DNA from: an uncultured Peptococcaceae bacterium
GTDB lineage: Bacteria > Bacillota > Dehalobacteriia > UBA4068 > UBA4997
NCBI GenBank assembly: GCA_964569265.1
Contig: CAZMTO010000001.1
Coordinates: 3,995 to 67,994, forward strand
DNA length: 64,000 nucleotides
Direction of reading: 5' to 3'
Positions 58,650-64,000 of this stretch are shown piece after piece. Made by a program: the position numbers and the translations under genes. Each line of letters opens with the position of its first letter. Position 1 is the first letter of the stretch. The notes beneath the pieces were generated by a model that saw only the letters and a program-made list of their open reading frames with translations, was not told the origin of the DNA and ran no database searches.

Positions 58650-59147
58650 TTAAATTTTGGTATGTATGGTTTGTATGTATTCAAAGGTGTTGGTATCAAA
58701 CTGGCGGCATAAATCACCGAAAAACGCCGGTGCTCCGGCAATTTCTTCGGCGTTGGGGTGACCTTTGCGGCGGCCCCCCACCAGCGAAAACGGGAAGAAG
58801 CTGTAATGGCCGCGGCAGCCGTAAACGCCTAAAATATGCGCGCCTTTGCGGTCAATAATTTCTTTTATGGCTTTAAAGCGGGCCGCACCCGGCGCCCCGG
58901 ACGAAAACAGCAGAAACAGCTTTTTGTCGGCAGGTACGTATTTTTCGGCAAACTGTAAAATGGGCTTGTAAAATTTTTCCATCCATACGCCGGACGCTAT
59001 ACCGACAACATCGTAGGCTTGCCAGTCGATATCGCCGGTAAGCTCGTAAACATTAAAAATATCCACCGGGTATTCGGCGGCAATGGCATCTACCAGCTTT
59101 TTGGTGTTGCCTTTATGGCGCGAACAGTAAACAATAGCAGCTTTCAT
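58650..59147 (-). CDS. flavodoxin-like fold protein
   Basis: 165 aa with an MKAAIVYCSRHKGNTKKL opener, as in flavodoxin/NAD(P)H-dependent FMN reductase-like proteins. Confidence 0.55.
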   Translation of the reverse strand: MKAAIVYCSRHKGNTKKLVDAIAAEYPVDIFNVYELTGDIDWQAYDVVGIASGVWMEKFYKPILQFAEKYVPADKKLFLLFSSGAPGAARFKAIKEIIDRKGAHILGVYGCRGHYSFFPFSLVGGRRKGHPNAEEIAGAPAFFGDLCRQFDTNTFEYIQTIHTKI

Positions 59148-59240
59148 TTGTGATACTCCTTTGTAATTAGCCTTTTTTGGGTTTTAACAGGGTCGGTCAT
59201 AAATCGGAAGTTGTTATATGTATAAATAATAAAAATTATG

Positions 59241-60065
59241 TTACGGCCTTTGGGCCTGCACCCAGCGGTCTAAGCCGGCAAGGTCTTGCCCGTGAATACA
59301 GTTTATAAAGCCCTGTGCTGTAAGCAAAGTTTTTACCGCGTCTGCCTGCTCACAGCCAATTTCTACCAGCAGATAAGCACCGCTTTTTAAATAACGCGGG
59401 GTATCGGCGGCCAAACGGCGGTAAAAATCCAGTCCGTCTGTGCCGCCAAACAGTGCTAATGGCGGCTCCTGCATAACGTCGGCGGGCAGCTTGGCATCGT
59501 TGCGTATATAGGGCGGGTTGCTTACTATCAGGTCATATTGATCATCAGGCAGGGCGGCGGTCATATCTCCCTGCCTAAAATCTATTGTCAGGTTATATTT
59601 TGCGGCATTAAGCCTGGCAACAGCCAAAGCCGGTGCGCTGATGTCGGTTGCCGTTACAGCAGCCTGCGGGCGTTCGTGCTTTATGGTTAGGGCATAAGCG
59701 CCGCTGCCGGTACAAATATCGGCTACACGGCAGGGCGTGCCTTTGGGCAGCAGACTGATTGCCTGTTCTGCTACCGGTTCACTGTCCCAGCGTGGTATAA
59801 GCACTGCGGGGGTAACTATCAGGTCAAAGTCCCAAAAGGGCTGCAACCCCGTAATGTATTGCAGCGGTTCGCCGCTTTGCCGGCGCTTAACGGCCCGGTA
59901 AAGCTCGTTTGCCAAAGCTTTGCTTACGGTATCGCCGCGGTGCAGCGGCAGCTCGCTTTTGCGCAAATTAAGATAATGTGCCGCCAGCCAGTCAACCTCG
60001 TGATGAGCGGCGGGCAGGGCAGCATAAAGGTCATTCAGCAGGTGTGCCAGCTTAATGTCTGCCAT
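59241..60065 (-). CDS. prmC: release factor glutamine methyltransferase PrmC (HemK)
   Basis: SAM motif DICTGSGA and NPPY motif (VSNPPYI), adjacent to prfA. Confidence 0.9.
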   Translation of the reverse strand: MADIKLAHLLNDLYAALPAAHHEVDWLAAHYLNLRKSELPLHRGDTVSKALANELYRAVKRRQSGEPLQYITGLQPFWDFDLIVTPAVLIPRWDSEPVAEQAISLLPKGTPCRVADICTGSGAYALTIKHERPQAAVTATDISAPALAVARLNAAKYNLTIDFRQGDMTAALPDDQYDLIVSNPPYIRNDAKLPADVMQEPPLALFGGTDGLDFYRRLAADTPRYLKSGAYLLVEIGCEQADAVKTLLTAQGFINCIHGQDLAGLDRWVQAQRP

Positions 60066-60068
60066 AGC

Positions 60069-61136
60069 TTAGTCCACCGCTTTCAGCTTTTCTGCCTGGT
60101 CGGTGGTTATAAGGGCTTCAATCAGCTCGTCGATAAAGCCTTGCAAAATGGTGTCTAACTTGTGCAGCGTTAAACCTATGCGGTGATCGGTAACGCGCCC
60201 CTGCGGAAAGTTATAGGTGCGTATGCGTTCACTGCGGTCGCCGCTGCCCACCATAGATTTACGCTGTTCGGCTTCGTTGCCGTGAGCTTCCTGCTGCATT
60301 TTTTCCAGCACGCGGGCACGCAGAACCTTTTCAGCCTGTTCGCGGTTTTTATGCTGATTTTTTTCGTCCTGGCAGCTTACCACAATGCCGGTGGGTATGT
60401 GGGTTAAGCGCACGGCGCTTTGTGTGGTGTTTACGCACTGGCCGCCGGGGCCGCTGGCACAAAACAGGTCAACACGGATATCGCCGGGGGCAAATTCCAG
60501 CTCAACTTCTTCGGCTTCGGGCAAAACTGCTACCGTGGCGGCAGATGTATGGATACGCCCGCCTGATTCGGTTTCCGGCACACGCTGTACGCGGTGTACA
60601 CCGCTTTCAAACTTAAGCTTGCTGTAGGCGCCTTTGCCTTCTATCAGTATTACCATTTCCTTAATGCCGCCCAAATCGGTGTAGCTGCTGGACAAAATTT
60701 CCTGCCGCCAGCCCTGACGTTCGGCGTAACGGCTGTACATTTTTTGCAGGTCACCGGCAAACAGGCCGGCTTCTTCACCGCCGGTACCGGCTCTTATTTC
60801 CAGAATAACGTTTTTATCATCGTTGGGGTCTTTGGGCAGCAGCAATATTTTAAGCTGCTGCTCCAGATTATCGGCATTTTCTTTCTGCTCGTCCAGCTCG
60901 GCCTGCGCCAGCTCGCGCATTTCGGGGTCTTTTTCTTCGGCCAGCAGCTCTTTGGCATCTTCTATACCGCTAAGTGCGGCGGCATATTGGCGGTAGCAGC
61001 TTACTACCGGTTCAAGGTCGGCGTGAGCCTTCATCAGCTTTTGCCAGTTGGTCTGGTCGGCAATAACCTCCGGGTCAGATATCTGTGCCGTAAGGGTGTC
61101 GTATTTTTCTGCCAGTGCGGCAAGTTTTTCCAGCAT
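60069..61136 (-). CDS. prfA: peptide chain release factor 1
   Basis: GGQ motif ([11 protein letters not shown]) and PxT-type decoding region. 355 aa. Confidence 0.95.
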   Translation of the reverse strand: MLEKLAALAEKYDTLTAQISDPEVIADQTNWQKLMKAHADLEPVVSCYRQYAAALSGIEDAKELLAEEKDPEMRELAQAELDEQKENADNLEQQLKILLLPKDPNDDKNVILEIRAGTGGEEAGLFAGDLQKMYSRYAERQGWRQEILSSSYTDLGGIKEMVILIEGKGAYSKLKFESGVHRVQRVPETESGGRIHTSAATVAVLPEAEEVELEFAPGDIRVDLFCASGPGGQCVNTTQSAVRLTHIPTGIVVSCQDEKNQHKNREQAEKVLRARVLEKMQQEAHGNEAEQRKSMVGSGDRSERIRTYNFPQGRVTDHRIGLTLHKLDTILQGFIDELIEALITTDQAEKLKAVD

Positions 61137-62143
61137 TACAGTTCCTCCGTTATAACAGTTGGCGTAGTATTTGCGGCAGTTTGATCGTTTAAAGCTGCCT
61201 GTTCCAAAGCGGCTTCTTCAGCCAGCAATTCTTCTTCGGTAATAACATTAGGCGGCAGGGGGTTATCGGCAGCCCCGGGGAACCCCGGCACCGAAAGCAG
61301 TGCTGCCAGACCAACCTCTATCTCATCGTCGGCAGGCTCGCGGGTGGTAAGACGTTGCAGCCACAGGCCCGGTGTTACCAAAAACTTGACAATGGGGTTG
61401 TTGGGGTATTTAAGCGGCAGCCTGAAAACCTCGTAGGATATACCCATTACCGCCGGCATAGCAACAAGCTTGGTTATTATGCGGCCCACAACAGTGGTGT
61501 TGCCGATAAAAGTAAAGATGATTACCATCATTACCAGGCTCATCATAATAAAGCTGGTACCGCAGCGGCAGTTTATGCGCGATTGCGCCTTAACGTTTTC
61601 TACCGTCAGCGGCAGGCCGGCTTCCCACGCATTTATGGATTTATGCTCGGCCCCGTGGTATTCAAACACCCGGGCAATATCCGGCACTTTGCTTATGGCT
61701 ACCACATAGCCTAAAAACAGGCTTACGCGTATAACACCTTCTACCAAACTGCGGCCAAAGGCGCCAAGGTAATCCAGCGTAAAGCTGGCCAAAAATACCG
61801 GCAGTATAACAAAAAACACTGCGGTAATAACCAGTGCCAGCCCAATGGCAAGCACCATATCCTTCCACGTCAGCTTTTCTTCTTCATCTTCTCCGGCCTG
61901 GAAGGCTGCCCAGGTTAATGCCGACATACCCACATACATAGATTCGATAAACGAAACCACACCGCGTATAAGCGGCAGGCTTAAAATTTTATGGCGGCTT
62001 CTAACGGTGTCACGCTTGCCCTGCTTTACCACAATACGTCCGTCGGCAAGGCGGGCAGCCATGGCATAACCTTTGGTGCCCTGCATCATTACACCTTCTA
62101 TAAGGGCCTGGCCGCCAAAGTATTCGGTTGGTTGTTTCTTCAT
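61136..62143 (-). CDS. DUF1385 domain protein
   Basis: [15 protein letters not shown] signature. The start is set at MKKQP, which has RBS AGGGGGT. It is commonly found upstream of prfA in Firmicutes. Confidence 0.7.
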   Translation of the reverse strand: MKKQPTEYFGGQALIEGVMMQGTKGYAMAARLADGRIVVKQGKRDTVRSRHKILSLPLIRGVVSFIESMYVGMSALTWAAFQAGEDEEEKLTWKDMVLAIGLALVITAVFFVILPVFLASFTLDYLGAFGRSLVEGVIRVSLFLGYVVAISKVPDIARVFEYHGAEHKSINAWEAGLPLTVENVKAQSRINCRCGTSFIMMSLVMMVIIFTFIGNTTVVGRIITKLVAMPAVMGISYEVFRLPLKYPNNPIVKFLVTPGLWLQRLTTREPADDEIEVGLAALLSVPGFPGAADNPLPPNVITEEELLAEEAALEQAALNDQTAANTTPTVITEEL

Positions 62144-62224
62144 ATTATAATACCCCCTGCGGATAACCCGCAAAAAGCTATGCACTATCGGTTATTTTAT
62201 TAAACCTTTGTTAAATATATTTAA

Positions 62225-62270
62225 ATATTATTGAAAGAGCGGTGAAGCCGCAAACCGCAGCATCACCGCC
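62225..62270 (-). terminator. intrinsic terminator after rpmE
   Basis: GCGGTGA/TCACCGC stem, followed on the minus strand by TCTTTCAATAATATTT. A second upstream hairpin CTCAAGGCC/GGCTTTGAG is present. Confidence 0.5.
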
Positions 62271-62317
62271 CCTCAGGCTCAAAGCCCGCCGGGGCCTTGA
62301 GGAAATTCGCTTAAAAA

Positions 62318-62521
62318 TTACTTCAAGCCGTACTTTTTCTTGAACTTATCAACTCTGCCGCCGGCTTCTACCATCAAACGCTTGCTGCCGGTGTAGAAGG
62401 GATGACATTTGGAGCAAACTTCTACCTTGATAGAATCAATAGTAGAGCCACAGGTAAATTTGTTACCGCAGGCGCAAGTTACTTCAACCTCTTTGTACTG
62501 AGGATGGATACCTTCCTTCAT
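62318..62521 (-). CDS. rpmE: 50S ribosomal protein L31 (Zn-ribbon C+ type)
   Basis: MKEGIHPQY opener and Cys pairs CACG...[10 protein letters not shown]. 67 aa. Confidence 0.95.
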   Translation of the reverse strand: MKEGIHPQYKEVEVTCACGNKFTCGSTIDSIKVEVCSKCHPFYTGSKRLMVEAGGRVDKFKKKYGLK

Positions 62522-62960
62522 CAGTGTTCACCTCTTTCTCTGTTTCTCGCTTTTGCTGGCGCGGGGGTTAGCTTCCGCACCGCTTCCTCAAAACAAACGC
62601 ACCCCAAGGGGCACGCCTATACTTTAATAGCCTATAAATTATACCACACGCAAAGCCTTATGTAAAGGGCAAAGTGCAAGTTTTTAAAGTTTTTTAACAG
62701 TTTTTTAACAGGTATTTTTTTATAACGGCCGGCTTATGTATCACAATGACGGTTATCCACCGGTTAAGCACCAAATTTTTGACAAAAACTTAACATTGTC
62801 GCAAAATTTTTTGCTTAAACTATGGAAATATTTTTATATAAGTGGTATTATTTATAGTAAAGATACAAGATAAAAACTGGGGTGATAGCACCCTTTTGGC
62901 AATATATCCTTTAGAGTGTAAATTATTTTTATATAATTTTTTAAGGGAGGTGCGTTTTAT

Positions 62961-64000
62961 ATGCTTTTGGGTTTGGTTCTGCTGCCGTTTGCAGCGGCTG
63001 TTGTTATGCCACTGCTTAGCAAGATACTGAAAGACAAAGTTGGTTGGGTTGCTTCGGCAGTGCCGCTGGTGCTGTTTGCGTCTTTTTTGAGCCTGCTGCC
63101 AAAAGTAAACGCCGGGGAACAAGTTGCTTATAGCTTATCATGGATACCTACTTTGGGGGTAGACCTTTCAGTAAAGCTGGATGGTTTATCGCTGCTGTTT
63201 GTGCTGTTGATAAGCGGTATTGGTTTGGCGGTAATGGTGTACTCCATCTTTTACCTGCACAAAAATGAACGGCTGGGTAATTTTTATACCTTTATTATGC
63301 TGTTTATGGGTGCTATGCTGGGTGTCTGCACCGCGTCTAACCTGGTGGTTATGTATTTGTTCTGGGAGCTTACCTCGGTTTCGTCGTTTTTGCTTATCGG
63401 CTTTTGGTACGAGAAGGAAAACCCGCGCCTTGGTGCGCAAAAGGCTTTGTTGGTAACAATGTTGGGCGGCCTGTGCATTTTGGCAGGCATATTTATGCTG
63501 CATTATGTTGGCGGCAGCTTTGTTATAAGTGACCTTGTTGCCAACGCCGATGTTATCAAAGCCAGCCCGCTGTATCCGGCCATTGTTATTTTGCTGCTTA
63601 TCGGTGCGTTTTCTAAAAGCGCGCAGGTGCCGCTGCATATTTGGCTGCCTACCGCAATGGAAGCTCCTACGCCTATTAGCTGCTACTTACATTCGGCCAC
63701 AATGGTAAAGGCCGGTATTTATCTTATTGCCAGAATGACCCCTGTTTTGGGTGCAACGGCACTTTGGGGCGGCATTATTACAGTTGTAGGCTTAACCTCG
63801 CTGGCCTTTGGTTCTATGATGGCGGTTCGTCAGTTTGATATGAAGGGTATTCTGGCATATTCCACCATCAGTCAGTTGGGTCTTATAATTGCCCTGTTGG
63901 GCTTTGGTACCGAAGCGGCCATTGTGGGCGCTTTGTTCCACCTGCTTAACCATTCGGCATTTAAAGGCAGCCTGTTTTTAATGACGGGTATTGTTGATCA
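62961..64000 (+). CDS. NuoL/MrpA-family proton-conducting membrane transporter subunit (Na+/H+ antiporter subunit A-like), 5-prime partial
   Basis: An open frame from the ATG at 62961 runs to the window end. It has multiple TM helices and the MrpA/NuoL motifs WLPTAMEAPTPISCYLHSATMVKAGIYL. RBS AGGGAGG is upstream. Confidence 0.8.
   Translation, partial: MLLGLVLLPFAAAVVMPLLSKILKDKVGWVASAVPLVLFASFLSLLPKVNAGEQVAYSLSWIPTLGVDLSVKLDGLSLLFVLLISGIGLAVMVYSIFYLHKNERLGNFYTFIMLFMGAMLGVCTASNLVVMYLFWELTSVSSFLLIGFWYEKENPRLGAQKALLVTMLGGLCILAGIFMLHYVGGSFVISDLVANADVIKASPLYPAIVILLLIGAFSKSAQVPLHIWLPTAMEAPTPISCYLHSATMVKAGIYLIARMTPVLGATALWGGIITVVGLTSLAFGSMMAVRQFDMKGILAYSTISQLGLIIALLGFGTEAAIVGALFHLLNHSAFKGSLFLMTGIVD

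Overview
This 64-kb window covers the chromosomal replication origin of a Clostridia-class Firmicute, with roughly 50% GC and no tools beyond reading the sequence. The conserved backbone on the minus strand is prfA-prmC, a ywlC(tsaC)-ywlE-rpiB-ywlG cluster, parB-parA-rsmG-mnmG-mnmE-jag-yidC-yidD-rnpA-rpmH. It is followed on the plus strand by dnaA-dnaN-yaaA-recF. DnaA boxes flank dnaA on both sides, with an AT-rich unwinding element on the dnaN side, and two parS sites flank mnmG. Housekeeping genes include glnS, serS, dapF, ilvC, ilvBN, xfp, a purH-like formyltransferase, rpmE, four tRNAs (Ser-TGA, Ser-GCT, Arg-ACG, Pro-CGG) and amino-acid and ion transporters. Several parts look accessory or unexplained. 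The clearest is a SCIFF ranthipeptide locus (scfA plus a radical-SAM/SPASM maturase scfB, whose end overlaps the ilvB start). Next to it, on the opposite strand, lie two unannotated, extremely cysteine-rich small ORFs and an Ala/Pro-rich protein. A 1.4-kb non-coding tract carries two repeat families: palindromic roughly 35-bp elements, and an irregular array of about nine GTTTCTTCCTATTATAAA direct repeats that is not a CRISPR array. A tandemly duplicated ion-transporter-superfamily permease pair has its own consensus promoters and roughly 320-nt leaders that are conserved between copies, which suggests a riboswitch-like element. A roughly 0.7-kb AT-rich islet sits next to tRNA-Pro. There is a DnaA-box-like cluster 38 kb from oriC, a 27-codon hydrophobic peptide gene, and an sbcD N-terminal remnant. 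The Cys-rich peptide pair beside the SCIFF maturase is the best candidate for an undescribed system.
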